Source of the DNA: the human T2T-CHM13v2.0 reference genome, Homo sapiens
Length of the DNA stretch: 64,000 nt
NCBI RefSeq assembly: GCF_009914755.1
Contig: NC_060947.1
Direction: 5' to 3' (one strand)
The notes beneath the pieces were generated by a model. The model did not search any database. It had not been told where the DNA came from and saw nothing but the letters and a program-made list of their open reading frames with translations. Shown here one piece after another: positions 1-17,448 of the stretch (the first letter of the stretch is position 1; the number at the start of each line of letters is the position of its first letter). The translations under genes were made by a program, and so were the position numbers.

Positions 1-36
1 CTTGTTTTTTAAAAATGTAAGAATATTATTGTTAAC

Positions 37-160
37 GAGACCTGATTTTGTATCCTGGTACTGCCACTAAAAAGCTGTGTGACTTTGAGTAAGTCATTTG
101 TCCTTTCTAGCTATCCATTTCTGTCTGTCTTTTGTAAAATGAAAGAGTTAAAGGATTGAT
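37..160 (+). mobile_element. MIR fragment
   Basis: MIR core-like sequence ctgccact..gctgtgtgactttgagtaagtcattt..tgtaaaatg. Confidence 0.6.
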
Positions 161-973
161 CTCTAAGAATTCTTTTCCCTGTTAGTAGTCTGAGTCACAG
201 TTCGAATTTCAGAGATGGCAGAGTCATATATATTACATACATATGTAGGATATGTTTTATGTCTTTCTGCTGACTTCACTGCACATGTAGCTTGAGTACA
301 GAGTAAGAATTTTTCATATATTGTCACTGAATGTAAATAATTTGATATTCTTATGTCCAGTTTCATGTCCATTTAAGTTAATTTCTTGAGAACCTGTTAC
401 GATTAACTTTCAAAACAAGTAATCAGATCCTAAATGTGTCAACCAATCTGAAACACTTACCTAATGCACTCCTGACCAGCCATTGCTATCTTTGCCTTAT
501 ATAACAGTACTGCTACCACTTCTATCTACAAATCTTTATCAACTTGCTGCCATGAGAATTAGGTGTGCAACGTATTAACTGTTTTGAACGTGGGTGGGAC
601 ATATAACCTCTCTGGGCATTTGTTTCCTTGTCTATAAAAGACGGAAAATAATTTAAGCCATGTCTTCCTCACTACTATCTGAAAAGACCTTGAAACCTAT
701 GCTATACAGATGTAGAATATTATTAGCCATTCTCTGACTATCCTTTCCATTAACTACTGAAAACCAACTTGATTTTGGTAATGCTCTGGGTCACAGATAA
801 AAGGAAGAGAATGGTTTCTCTCTATCCATGAGTGGGGACAGACAAACAAATGCAATATAATTTGATAAGTGCTGCCATAGAAATATGTTAAGGTGCGATA
901 ATAACATAAAGGAGGAACTGCCTAACTCTGCCTGTGTTGGCCAGAGAGGCCTTCATAGAAAAAGTGACATTAG

Positions 974-1338
<365 letters not shown>

Positions 1339-2027
1339 TTAAGTCGAAGACTCCTAAATCAACATCACCAACTTCAGTCAATCCTTTGTGCTCACCATGT
1401 TCCTGTTTCATAGTGAACTTGAAGTGATTTCACTCTCCCAGGGGAGGGAAGAACCCTGAAAGATTGGCAAAAATTGTAATCGCCAGAAGTTCCCATTTTC
1501 TTAGTGCTTTGTGTGTTTGGCCTCAGGGTTCTTAGCACTAAAAGCATATTGGACTATAGATGGAAGCAATAAAATACCAGTAGTGCTGAGAAGAAAATAA
1601 GAGTTCTGATGCATGTGCTACCAAAAATTACTTCCAAATGAGCTCAGAGTTTCATCTTGGGAGATCTATTTGGCATATGTAGCATAAACAAAATGCACAT
1701 ACCAAAAAATCTTCCTCCGATAGAGATATCCTCTAAAAGATGGGGCAAATACAAATAAAAGAATTTGACATTATGGATTAAGATCTTTTTGAAAGTAAAC
1801 AATTCAAATGAATGAAAGCAGAATTGGATAATGTCTTTGGAAGACTTCTATTAGTTAATATTCCTATTCTATATTACTCAGCTAATGAGGATATCAAAGG
1901 TATTCCAGATGAATGTACAATATATTGGTATCAAGGTATATATAATTAGAAACATTTCTAAATTCAGAATTGAGACCCTTTCTAGTTAGTTTCTCAGAGA
2001 TTTCATGAGTTTAAAGAACAGCATACA

Positions 2028-2592
<565 letters not shown>

Positions 2593-3260
2593 AAATCAAA
2601 TTCCATATTTATGCAATGTCTAAACATCTTTTTTGCTTATTCTCCTTTCTATGCTTCAGTCATTCTTTTAGTTCAAATAGTTGACTGCACAAATAGTCTT
2701 TTTTTTCTTTTGAGATATTTTGAATAGAATATTCAAAATCGGTGAACCGTATATGTTTCACCACCATGCAGTATCTTGCTTAGGCATAAAAATTAATTTC
2801 AGCTGTTGGGAAAGTGTTCACGGCAAGTATTATACTTCTATAACTTTCACAGCTCCAAATAAATTATAGAAAATACTTCTTTTCTGTTTTAAATCTGTCA
2901 GTTTCCTGCTGCTTCTGTGTGTTTTTGTTTTGCTTTTTTAAAGAACAATATGTTACCCAGGCACTCCATAAATATTTGTTGTGTGTGTGTCCTCATTCTG
3001 TACCTCATATACCAAATATAGGAATAAGGCTTTGCAGAATTATTAGATTCATTGACATAACTTGAAAATGTTACCGTTGCTTTTAATCATGCCAGCCAAT
3101 TTCCCCTCAACAAAATCAGTATGTGCTACTGTTCATTTGATAAACTTTGGAACAGCTCCTAGATGAGCATTAAAATAACTAAGTGTTAAGATGCTAAATG
3201 ATATCAAGTAATCATAGCGTTTTATGCCATTATTCAGGCTTGCTGCTTCTACTTCCCAGA

Positions 3261-3554
3261 TTGACTGATTGATTGAGACCGGGTTGCTCTGTTTCCCAGG
3301 CTGGAGTGCAGTGGTATGATCATAGCTCACTGTATCCTCAAACTCCTGGGCTCAAGTGATCCTCCCACCTCAGCCTCCTAAGTAACTAGGACTACAGGCA
3401 TGCATCACCATGCCTGGCTAAATTTTTAATTTTTAATAGAGATGAGATCTCGCTGTGTTGCCCAGGCTTATCTTGTTTTCCTGGCCTCAAGCAATCCTCC
3501 TGCCTCAACCTCCCAAAGTGCTGGAATTACATGCATGAGCCACTTTGCCTGACC
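3261..3554 (-). mobile_element. AluJ
   Basis: Antisense Alu with J diagnostics (gatcatagctcactg, ctcctgggctcaagtgatcctccc). Confidence 0.88.
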
Positions 3555-3564
3555 CTAGATAACT

Positions 3565-3815
3565 TTTGAATCCATCCATTTCTCTCCAAGCCCACTGACA
3601 CTATTTGAATTCCTGGCTTCAACCATCTCTCGTCCGGACTATAATAATGACCTCCTGACTGGTATCTGTGTCTTCTTCTCTTACCCATTTCCATTTCCTA
3701 ATCCACTCACCCCATTTTAGTCAGAATAAAATTAAAAACAAAAGAAACCAAACAAGATAACCTTAGTTTCCTGACTTAAGATTCTTTCATAACTTCCCTG
3801 TGGCCTCAGGATAAA
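3565..3815 (+). mobile_element. L2 fragment
   Basis: ccatctctcgtccggactataataatgacctcctgactggt resembles the L2 ORF end (ISRLDYCNSLL). Confidence 0.65.
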
Positions 3816-3822
3816 TCTGAGC

Positions 3823-4132
<310 letters not shown>

Positions 4133-7100
4133 TAAAATGGTTTACAAAATCAAAAGAGCTATGGTTACTTTAAAGGCCAGACCATCTATGGTTGGCTCTG
4201 AATGGGCCGCAGTCACTTAGATTGAACTCTTCTCCCAAATTGGGAAATGTTACTTCTGGAAAGTAGAAGCAGTAGAACAAGATAATAGCAAGTTCCTAAG
4301 AGGAACTGTGTCTCTCAGAACAAAGAGAAACTTTGGAAGCACCATATGAAAATTCAAAAAAGGCTGAAAGGCCAAAGTATGATTGTCATTATGCCTTTAT
4401 TGCTCCCATAGCTGGTGTGACATGGAGAGTTATAACCACTGAGTTCACTCTTACGTTAATTCTCAGGGATGTTCTTCCTTCTATCTTAAGTAATTGTTCT
4501 TTAAAAACCTAAACTTGTCTGAGAGCTCCCTGTGTAGCCATGTTGGCTTATGGAGATAATTAATTTTGAAAATCTCTCATCTCTCTTAAGCTATCTTCCC
4601 TTTTACAAGGCCTCAGTCATGTCTAAATCTAAACTATAATTGGAAAGTCAATGAGTATATCTGCATTTAGTTAGGCTTGAAAGACTAAATTGATAATATA
4701 CAGAAAATTTGATTCATTTATTAATGGTAATTTACCTTTAAAGAAATGAGGGTGAATTTTTACATGAAAGGATTGTGTATATAATCCCTGATCCAAAATG
4801 ACTTAAGTTGTTTTGACACATTTTTAAACCAAGCACTTGACATTAAAAAAAAAAAAAACTTCAGTATTATAAAAATGGTAGGCTTATGTGAGAAACCAAA
4901 TATATTGTTTAACAAAGTAGTGTCTTAATCAGTAATGTAAATTCTGATATCTAGAATTTCATCATCCAGAAATTTCTATTAGATGCCTCATAAGTTGGTG
5001 CCTCTTTGCTTTGCCAGTAAAATGGTAATATTCTGAAAACAACCTTAAGAAGCTGCAAGACCGTGATGTGCTTCTTTAATGATATAGTTTTTTTTGTAAA
5101 CTAGATGTCTCCAGGTCTCTTCATTTATGAATTCAGAGGGGGTGTCCTTAGTAACAGTAATCCAAATATCCCAGTTATCTCCTCTTTTCCCCCACTGGCA
5201 GGACTCAAGCTCTTTACAAAGTCTTTACCCCTAAAAGTACACCTGGAGTCATTTCATGGGTGCTGAAAACGTCATCTGTAGTCACCAGTTGAAATTTGCT
5301 CACCAATCAGCAACTGAGTGCCTTTATTCTAGAGTGATGAAAATATAGCAATGAACAAAACAGACAAAGCCCCTGCCTGTCCTGTCTTGCTGTAGCTTCA
5401 GCTCCATTCTGCTAAATGCTTTTTGCAGGCAAAACTGCTTGGGGTTGCCTTTAATGAAAATGCCTATGTGTGGGCCAAGGGTACAGTTTCCTACTGCTCC
5501 AATTTTGTCATCAATCTTGAAGTACCATTGTGGTATTATGTTCAGTGCAGAAGTAGCCATGTTTCACAGGACACTTCATAAAAACAGTTCATTTTGCATC
5601 TCTTCTGATCCCTTTCTCCTTGGAGACTAAAAACTGTTTCAACTCCTAGAGACCTGAAGGGAATCCTAAAATCTTAAGCCCCTCCATTGCCCTCCTTCTC
5701 CCCTTTTGTTCAAGTGCCTAGGCATGTATCTTCCTTTTCCTAGGAGCTGGGAATAAATAAAATGCCAGCATAAATCGTTTCATGCAAATAGAGCCCTAAG
5801 GGCCCACCAACTCTCTCTAGTTAATCATATACACCCAGATAATTCCCTTTGAGCTCAGCTGGGACCACCCTGGGTATATAGCCTTAGGTTTATTTTGATC
5901 TGTTGCAACTCTTTGAAAATAGGCAATCCATGGAAAATATATGGTAACTCTATTAAGCAGAATATTTGACCGGAATACCTCATTCCCCAGCTGTGCCAGA
6001 GAGCAGACTTTACTGTATTTTACAGATATCATTGAATTCTTCTTTAGAAAGAGATGTCACCTATCAAATGTTGTATTCTCTTTGACTGTTTACTTTGGGC
6101 CAGAAGTGGATGTCCTATTTCTCTTATATGATTTTTCCTTGTATAGAAAAGCTAAATATCATATCATAGGGAACTAAAGGAATATGTAATAAGGGAAGAC
6201 ATGGTTTAAGGAAAACTCAAACTCCCTAACATGATAAAAAAAAATACCTACTAGTATGGATGGTTTTTAAATATGTATGCATTTTAGATTAATATTATAA
6301 AACTAAAAAAACAGTTTTTTCTAAAAATATTTATAAAAGTTGACAGAATTGTTTATGACAAGCTGAATTTTACCCTTTAAAAATCTGACAATATAATAAT
6401 TAACAATGAAAATATTAACAAAATCAGTTCAATGCCACCTTTTCCTATTAAAGTCTAATAAGAACTAGAATCAGGAAACAGAATGTAATATCTTTAGTTC
6501 CAGCAACAACGCCTCATGCAGAATTTTTCACAGAAGTGTTCCCTATAAATAAGTTATTATTGAATTATGTCCAAACACCAGGAAGTGGGAAAGTGTAAGA
6601 TAAGCAATATGGTATACAAGCTGACCTTTTCCAGAAGTCTTGAGATTGGCCAGAGGTATTGATTGTGATCAGAGCATGCCTGTTTCAACCTAAGCATGAA
6701 GATCCCTGAGGTTAATACTACTGGTGGCACCCTCTCAGCTGGCTGAATTTTTCTTCATTCTGCTTCATCCTGTTTTGTTTGTCCATTTGCTAATTAATCT
6801 TCTGTCAGAAAAGATGCCGTCACCCCTGAATAAGGCAGTAGAAGGGAGGACTTCCCCGGAATTGTGCCCATTGAGCTCCTTTGGTATGCCTGCCCCCTCT
6901 TCTTCTCCCCCCTCCTTCCAGTTGCCTACCAACTTGTTCAAGTCATTTCCTCTAAGAAGCCCTCCCTAACTTCCATTTCGGTGTAGATTACCCTTCTCTG
7001 TGCTCTCATACCTCCATCTTAGCACATTTTACCCTGTAATATGTTTATCTCCATACCCTCGTGATTAATACTATAATTAGCCTACTGTGGGTCAAACACA

Positions 7101-7693
7101 GTGCTGATCTCGAAGGATATGTATGAATGGCTTAATGAATTAATAGAACAATGAGTGAATCAAACAAAAAATCAAAATATTTGCTCTCCAGAGCTCACAT
7201 TCTAGTGGGAAAGGCAGTGAAAGAACAAATAGTGGTAATGAAATATAATACATATGTACAAAGAGCTTGTAAGCACAGAGCAGTGAGGCATTTCTTCTGT
7301 CTGATTTAAGGAAAGCTTCAAAGACATAGAGATATGTGAACTGGGTCTGATCATTGTTTTGCTACTATATGGCCTTTCATGTTTTAAGGAGCACTTTCCT
7401 TTTTGTTCTCCCCCACCTCATTTGGTGTTTAATTTTAATGGTAAACATACATTGTCTCCTAGTTTTCCATGCTGAGTTCAAAGTGGAAAAACAGCTATTT
7501 TGTTGCCAGAGAAGCAGTTACCAGCTAATTATGATGATCTAAAGGTTATCTGCCATATGCTTAGATGAGCAGTAACCAAGCTTCAGTTACTTCTTATGAC
7601 TGACAGTTGTCCTGAGCAATAGGACAATTGATGCAGATTATCTAGGGCAAAAGCAACTGCTTAAAGTCTGACTTGCCTGGTGTTAATTTAGGC

Positions 7694-7909
7694 CAGTGGT
7701 TCTCACCCAAGAGCGATTTTGCCTCCCAAGGGACATTTGGCAAGATCTAGAGACATTTTTGTTTATCACAACTAAGTAGGATCTGCAACTGGCATCAAGT
7801 GGCTGAAACCAGGAACACTGTTAACCATCCTACAATGGACAGGAGAGCCTCCCACAATAAATAAATATTCAGCCCAAAATGTCAGTAATGTTGAGATTGA
7901 GAAACCCTG
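7694..7909 (+). mobile_element. MER20 (hAT-Charlie MITE), full length
   Basis: Starts cagtggttctca, ends ttgagaaaccctg (TIRs); internal gggacatttggcaa..gagacatttt..cccaaaatgtca. Confidence 0.88.
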
Positions 7910-8139
7910 TTTCAGGATTACCTGCAAAAGATTTTTTAAAAAAAATTATAAAAAATCAGTGGAAAACAATGTGCAATAGTCCAAATTAATAAGCAAAATC
8001 TACTAGATAAGTTAATATTATATCTATCATATTGATGTAATATTTTAATAATTTCAAATGTTAATTTGATCACTGTATTGTTACAGTTACTACTTTTTTC
8101 TATAGCTTTGAAACATCCCAGTTTATATGGCTTGTAAAA

Positions 8140-8310
8140 TTTTTTAATTACCAATCATGCATGTAAATTGTAGAAAAATTAGAAAATATAAATACCAAAA
8201 AGAAAAAAAACTGTCGACTGCAATTCCACTATCCAGAGTTAATTAATATTAATACCTCGGTACATATCCTTCCAGGCATTTTCCTATGCATGTACATAAG
8301 TATTTAGATT
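8140..8310 (-). mobile_element. Old L1M (L1ME-like) 3'UTR fragment
   Basis: tgtagaaaaattagaaaata..ccactatccagag..atatccttccagg pattern. Confidence 0.45.
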
Positions 8311-8997
8311 GTGAATTTGTTTTTCTTAAAATAATAATAAAAAGACTTCTGAAAATTTAAGTTTTAAATTTATATTTTCTTGTAAAAAGGCTAGTGGATC
8401 ATGCTTATATGGATATGTCCATCCACATTCAGTGTATAGTGCCGTTGGTTATGTCTTCAGTTGTGATTAAACATGTTAATTGGCTCACTTCATGATGCCC
8501 TTTTACAAACACCTGGTCTTTGGCACCATGCTAACAATCATGACTACTGTAAGCCATCTGTAAAGAGATCGGTAGAATCTTGATTTCTCTTTTTGTTTTC
8601 TACATAATACCCTCATTAAACTTCCCTGTGTCAAGGGGCCTTAAATCAGTAATTGGTGACTGTCCAGTTAGGCTATTCACACTAGTGTTTCTTAAGCACT
8701 TTGCTGTTGTTCTCTGCTGTGCACTTTGATTTAAGAACCATTACTTACCTAAACTAGGGTGTTCTTTTTTAATCATTGCAAATTGTTAATAATATAATGA
8801 TTTGTAATCTAATCACAAAAATTCTTAACAAAAGCAATGTTACGATTTAAAATGAGAGTAAGTGTCCTATATATGTCCTATATATGTGTGTGTGTGTGCG
8901 TGTGTGTATTTTTTTCCTTTGTTTCTGTCATCCTCTTCTTGAATCAAATTTCATTGTCATGGAATACAGTCTCCTAAACTGCTTTTTAAAGATCTGA

Positions 8998-9315
<318 letters not shown>

Positions 9316-9771
9316 ATGTTATAATCTTAATAATGAGGCAGCTACTATTTTTGCTCATATCCATTTTAATTTCTGTTTCTGCAAACATACGGTTTTGGAA
9401 TATTCAGAATTTCCTGACATTGTTCATGGGGTATTGGGCAAACCAGAGAATACATAGTATTCCTGAAAAGCTAATCATCCATTCAAATCTTGACATTTTG
9501 AAATGGAAGATGCTCTATTATTCTTCAGGGATCTTATATATTTTGTGCTCAAACTACTGGATTACTCAGTATGACAGTGTAGTTGAAGTCATTTTATTTT
9601 ATTTTTTCAAATTTATTAATCAGGCACAAAAGAGCCAAACTTCATACTGGAGACACTATAGTTTAGAATAGTGTATTATTTGTTCGTGCTCAATTGTCTT
9701 TGGTCTAGTAATAAAAAACTAAAGTCTCATATACATTGGGGACATATAAAACAGCAGTAATTAACAAAACA

Positions 9772-10138
<367 letters not shown>

Positions 10139-10320
10139 CTACATGGGAGATATGGGTTGGTGTTCCCCAAAAACTTGAAACTTTATTTTGAATGTTAATT
10201 ATTTTTAGTGTTGTGAGCAATCCTCCTTCATCAAATGACATCTACGAGATATTATTTGTGAAAGTATTTGCTCCTTTGTTTAAAATATAAGATTTGTAAA
10301 TAAAAATTTAAGATGAAGCC

Positions 10321-10630
10321 TTTTTTAGGTGACAGTCTCCTTCTGTTGCCCAGGCTGGAGTACAGTGATGCAGTCATAGCTCACTGTAGCCTCAGACCCC
10401 TGGGCTCAAGCTATCCTTCCACCTCAGCCTCTTGAGTAGCTAGGACTACAGGTGCACACCACCATGCTCGGCTAATCTTCTTCTTCTTCTTTTTTTTTTT
10501 TTTTTTCTTTTTTAGAGACAGGATCGTGCTATGTTGCCCAGGCTGGTCTTGAACTCCTGGCCTCAAGCAGTCTTCCTGCCTCAGCCTCCCAAAGTGTTGG
10601 AATTACAGGCATGAGCCACCATGCCTGGCC
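10321..10630 (-). mobile_element. AluJ
   Basis: Antisense dimer with J diagnostics and (CTT)n/T expansion in the linker. Confidence 0.88.
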
Positions 10631-10938
10631 AGAAGCATTTTTTAATACATCCTAATTATATGGTTGTTATTTCATACTATATTAAAAGTTTTAGAATAGA
10701 ATATATTCAAATAGATAGACTTGTTTCATGTGAGCATTATTTAGGCAAAATATGTTTTAGGTAACTCTTTAGGTAACAGTCTTTAATGAATAGGCCAAAT
10801 TAATTTTCAATTATTACTATAAGTGCTTGTGTATGTAGATATTATTGCTCAAGTTTTTCTGTAAGTACCTGAAAATAATTGATTTAACTCTGCTTTTGAA
10901 CGCACTAGCATATTTTGATGTTTATTCTTTTGTATAAT

Positions 10939-11735
<797 letters not shown>

Positions 11736-12813
11736 AAAGTATCAATATAGCACAAAAGTAAATTGTTGCTCAGTATTATTTGAATTGTCAAACGTTGCAA
11801 ATTGGCAAAAGAAAAATAAATGAGATGTTATCTGTGAAATATACACTTGTGTTCAATTAAATAGTTTTTAAAAATCTTAGAAAACAGAAATGTAAATAGA
11901 AAACATTACCCATTTATTTTGAAGTTATCCTTCACTGTTTGCGTTCTGTCTTTCGCTAGAATATACTTACACAAGGACATTCTGCTTTTCTAATTTGCTT
12001 GAAAAGCTATTAGTTTACTTGCTTTCTTTTTCTCATTCATTCATTCAAGGATTATTTATTGAGTGCCTATTAAACAGTGGACACTGTTCTAGCCACTGGC
12101 ATTGTTTGATTTATTTCAGTAAACTAAAACAGATTTTAAAGCTCTGCCATCATGGAGCCAAATGTGGAAAATGAGAAAATAAACTATAAACATAATTATT
12201 GGGAAAATTATATTACAAGTTAGAACGTTAAGTGCTATGGAAAGAAGAAATCATACCAGTGGAATGGCCACATGACAGTGGCTAAAAGGTTTCAACAATA
12301 GTTATAAAGTTCCATTGTGCAATCAATTTCTTAAGCTAAGATTTAGATTTTAACAGTGTAAATGTTTCCTAAAATTCAGGGATCACTGAGTTGTCCTATT
12401 TAGAAGACTTCACTAGGTACAGTTAGATGATTTTTATACAAACCCGAACTATTTCATCAGCCATGTATCCTTATGTGATGTAGAAGAAATAAAAATTAAT
12501 TCTGTCCCACTTTACAGAAAAAGTCTTGCCAAGGGCTTTATTGTTTCAGTTAAATAATTGTAACATTATCTTCTGGAATATGGAGGATATACAAATAGAG
12601 AACTTTACCTAGAAGCCCGGCATATTGTCTACTTTTAGACACAGATCAAATTTAAAAATTAAAGAGGAAACACCTGAGAAGAAATCTGTCCTTTTCCTAA
12701 TGCCATTTCAAAATCAATGGCTCTTGCCTTTGTTAATTAAGCAAGTTAAAACCTTTCCTTGTTCAAGAGAAAACAAAGCAAAACAGTATTTTTGCTATTA
12801 AAAACGCCAACTA

Positions 12814-13157
<344 letters not shown>

Positions 13158-14299
13158 TCACTACTTCTTCCTCAAGGGAACTCGGATATCTTATTTAAGA
13201 AGATAGACAATAACATCCCGAAATGGGTTTCTAGACAGGAAGCTCTGACAAAAGGTGAGATGTATAGCAAAGCATGTAGTGAAGTAAAAGCATATTTTTA
13301 GTGCCAAAAATATGAAAAATTATAAGGAACTTACAAAGACATTTAGTTCATCTTGGATTCCTTTCCCCTGGTCCTTGTTCTCTGCCAACTGTCAGCTAGT
13401 TGATCTGATAAACTAATGCAGTACTAATGTGTCACTCATTCTGTATTACATACATGCCCTTTAAATTCAGGACAATGCCTTAATTCAGCAGAGCAATTCT
13501 GCTGTCAAGAACTTCTTGCAACATGGCTAGCTGATAGAGGAAATATTGGAGGGAAAGACAGCCTTTCTTGTACCTCTGAAAGAACATCATATATGTAGCT
13601 GCACAATCTTCCTGGGTCTAGAATTTTTCCCCCCACCTCACACCCTCCTCCCAAGGACATTTCACAATTTAACCTGTCTGTTCTGGTGTCATAATATAGC
13701 TTTGTCAAATTGGCATCTTCCTGGGAGTGACCTCCCCTTCGACATGGATCAGAGAATTCAGGCAACCCAAAACCCTGATCCAGCCCACCCTGTCTTTTGA
13801 GAGGCTGGAAACTCAGGAGTTTCATTGGCAGAGATGTAGTATCAACTCAGCTTTGATTTTCCCTTTCTTTCTGGGTGACATTTACTTTTTTATATATTGT
13901 CCCTTAGGCAGAAATACTACACTCACCTTGTAGGCTTAGCAGGATGTCTACAGGGGGTTACCCCAAGCTTACTGTGTGAAACCCAAGCCATGCTCAGCTC
14001 ACTTACTCAGCCACGGAGACAAAAGACAATTAGTGCCTTATGGTATAGTAGGTACAAAAGAAATGTTTTATACTCCAGATTTCCTCCCTACTCTACCTTA
14101 TGGTATGGTACATATACAGCCTGATCACTAGAATAATCCTTTGTCATAATAAAGGCGGGATTTCTTGGTTTGATTTTCAGTAAAAATGTCTCCTGGTGTT
14201 TTTTTTTTTTTTTTTTGGATCTCCTTCCTTCAATCTTAAATAAAGCATTTCCAAAGGTCTTACTTTTGGTCCTGCATATTTTTCTTCCTGGGTAGTTGA

Positions 14300-15605
14300 T
14301 ATCTATTCCAATGGCTCCTACACTTTCCTGAGTTGTGATTTTATTATTCAGCTCTAGACCCAAGTTTATTTTCTGTTGGATGCCTCTAACTAGATTTGCC
14401 ATAACTACCTCAAACTCAGCATATTCAAAAGGGAACTCATTACATCCTTTTCAACTTTCTCCCATATTCTCTTTGGCTGATGGTACAACTTGATATCTTC
14501 TTTTCCCTCGCTATTTACATCTGTTCAGTCTCCATTTCATACCCAGCTTATGCAGTTAAAACTCAAGAGACTCTATCTGTTTTTTATGATTTCCCCATCA
14601 GAATCTTACCAAAGCACCGTTGTTTGCATGTTCTATATTAAGTCTCAGCAAAGAAAAAAAAATCTTACTTTCATCCTCACTTTAACGGCCCAAGTTTCAG
14701 TGTTTGTCCTCTCTCCTTCCCATGGACTACTGCAGTAATCTTTTAGTTCTCCTGAGCTTAGTCTTAGCACTCTCTAAACTGTATGCTGCTGCCAGATACT
14801 GTTTTCTAAAACGTAGGTTTCATTGGGACATTCACCTTCTCAGAAACCTTCAGTGGCCTTCCATGGGTGACAGTAAAGCCTAGACTAGCATTTGGAAACC
14901 CTTGGTAATCTAACTCTCCCCAGCCACTACCCTTTTTCTCTGATTGGAATACAGTCACACGCACAGTCTCCCTTCTACCTGGTGAAATTGTTTTCAACTT
15001 TCAAAACTCCATTTAGTGGCTACTTTCCCTGTTATGCCTTTCCTAATACCCCCTGCTGAACTCCAGGGAAAATTACCCCCTATTTGGTATGCTCATCATA
15101 TTTTTCTTTTTCTTTCTTTCTTTTTTTTTTCATTTTTTTTTTGTTTGTTTTGTTTTGTTCTGTGATGGAGTCTTGCTCTGCTGTCCAGGCTGGGGTACAG
15201 TGGTACAATCTCGGCTCACTGCAATCTCCACCTCCTGGGTTCAGTTCTCCTGCCCCAGCCTCCCAAGTAGCTAGGACTACAGGTGCACACCACCATGCCC
15301 AGCTAATTTTTGTATTTTTAGTAGAGACAGGGTTACCATGTTGGCCAGGCTGGTCTCGAACTCCTGGCCTGAAGTGTACTACCCGCCTCAGCCTCCCAAA
15401 GTGCTGGTGTGAGCCATCGCACCCGGTGCTCATATCATATTGTTAATGTGGCTTTTGTAATATTCAACTAATTGGTGATGTACAGACCTGCCTTCTTTGT
15501 GCTGTGAATTCCTTTACAGTAAATACGTCTCACTTATCTTTGAATTTTTATTACACAACAGAGTGTGTGGCACATAAAAGTAACCAGCAAATATTTATTG
15601 ATTGG
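14300..15605 (+). mobile_element. L2 3' region, interrupted by an Alu
   Basis: cctcaaactcagcatattcaaaa, catggactactgcagtaatc, and an L2-type 3' end (ggcacata..aaatatttattgattg). Confidence 0.7.
15102..15426 (-). mobile_element. AluS with small internal deletions
   Basis: Antisense dimer with a compound T-rich tail. Confidence 0.88.
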
Positions 15606-17109
15606 TAACCATGTTTGTAATTGGTAATCATGTTCCTACTGTTCTAGAAATCTAATAATAAATGGTCTTTTAGATTAATATTTCAAAGCCCTCTAGCTGT
15701 CTCTCTCTGCCTCTCTCTTTCTCTCTGCCACCTTTTCAAGATCTTTCATTATTTTAACGACTCCTTTTACTCTTCGTCAACATTGATTTAGCAAATATTT
15801 GACTCAAGTACTTAAACTTGTCTACTTTCACTCCATCACTCTAAGTTGTGAAATCCCAAAGTGAGCTATATTTTCCTGGTATAATTCTTGAGCAGAGCTA
15901 ATAATAGGCACAGGAAGTACCTCATGTTTACTCCATTTTATTTCTACATTCTAGCATCAAACCTCTCATTTGTCAGCCTTTGTGATTTACTGTTCACTTA
16001 TGATTGACCGTGACCATTTACATCTTCATTATTTATCCATAGCCAGCAGACACCTGCTTATGTCACTAGATTTTTTTTTCTCTTTATGATAAAAATCATT
16101 AGAGAAGGACTATTCTTCAAACATACCTTCAAACATCTTTCTACTTTCTCTAAGTCTTACTAGCTTCAAAGATCCTTTGAAGAAAGAATTGAAAATTCCA
16201 ACTTCTCTTTTCTGGGGAGTTGCTATACTTTTAAAAAGTGTAATAATTCTAAGTTTCACGGGATAAAATTTTGTCATTTAAAATTTCTTAAGTATATTAT
16301 AGTGTCATATTTTATTTTTATGAGTGCTTAAGTATAAGCACAATATGCAAAAAGTAACACAGATTTCATTGTACTAGAGTATCCATGAGTCAAAAGGGCA
16401 TACAGAAGTTTACATTGAAAGAAGTCAAGTCTAACACATGACATTTATTATTGCAAAGTGTTGTATAGGAAATAAAATTCAATGTGTCTGTAAATGCCCT
16501 AAATCCTCTTATAAGTTATTTGTCCAACATGTTAAGCCTAATGGAAAAAAATCCCTTTATACCAATAAATAAGGCAACTTAAGCAGAAGATTCATGATGA
16601 AGCCAGAAAAACTCTATAAATAATGGGGTAGTACCCAGGGAGGAGGGAGGTAAAGGAAAGGGCAGTAGATCATTAGCACAATAAGGAAAGGATATTCCCA
16701 TCAGTAAGTAAGCAGTGATATTTGGCCAAATCTAGGTCATGATCAAGGATATAATCACAAGTGAGATGTTTTACATTGTGCAATGTAGCTGGCATACTCA
16801 TCTACAGATGGAATGGCTTGCTTCCCAGAATGCAATCACTACTATATAACAGTGTCCTTATTATTTCCAGTTTGGAAAAGAGGATTGTAAAGCAGAATAT
16901 CTCTGGTTCCGACCTGTATCCCATTCAAACATGATCCACGCTATTTTGTTTTCAGATATTTTTACAGACCAACTCTCTGCTGTATCATACCCAAGATTTA
17001 GGGTGTCAAAGAAAGATATGAAATTGTATATTCATTGTATTTTTTTGTTTGTTTTATAAACTAATGACTCAGAAACATATACCTATAGAGCCAGAATAGC
17101 CTAGGATAG

Positions 17110-17448
<339 letters not shown>

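Noticed and set aside
2717-2762. Adjacent hairpins ATTTTGAATA-gaa-TATTCAAAAT and GGTGAA..TTCACC; similar stem near 47788-47815
   Set aside because: Short AT-rich stems are expected by chance in 64 kb and show no ncRNA hallmarks.
15601-15634. Short direct repeats (attggtaa(c/t)catgtt x2; gtcctatatat x2 near 8864-8885)
   Set aside because: Ordinary slippage duplications with no spacer array or functional context.
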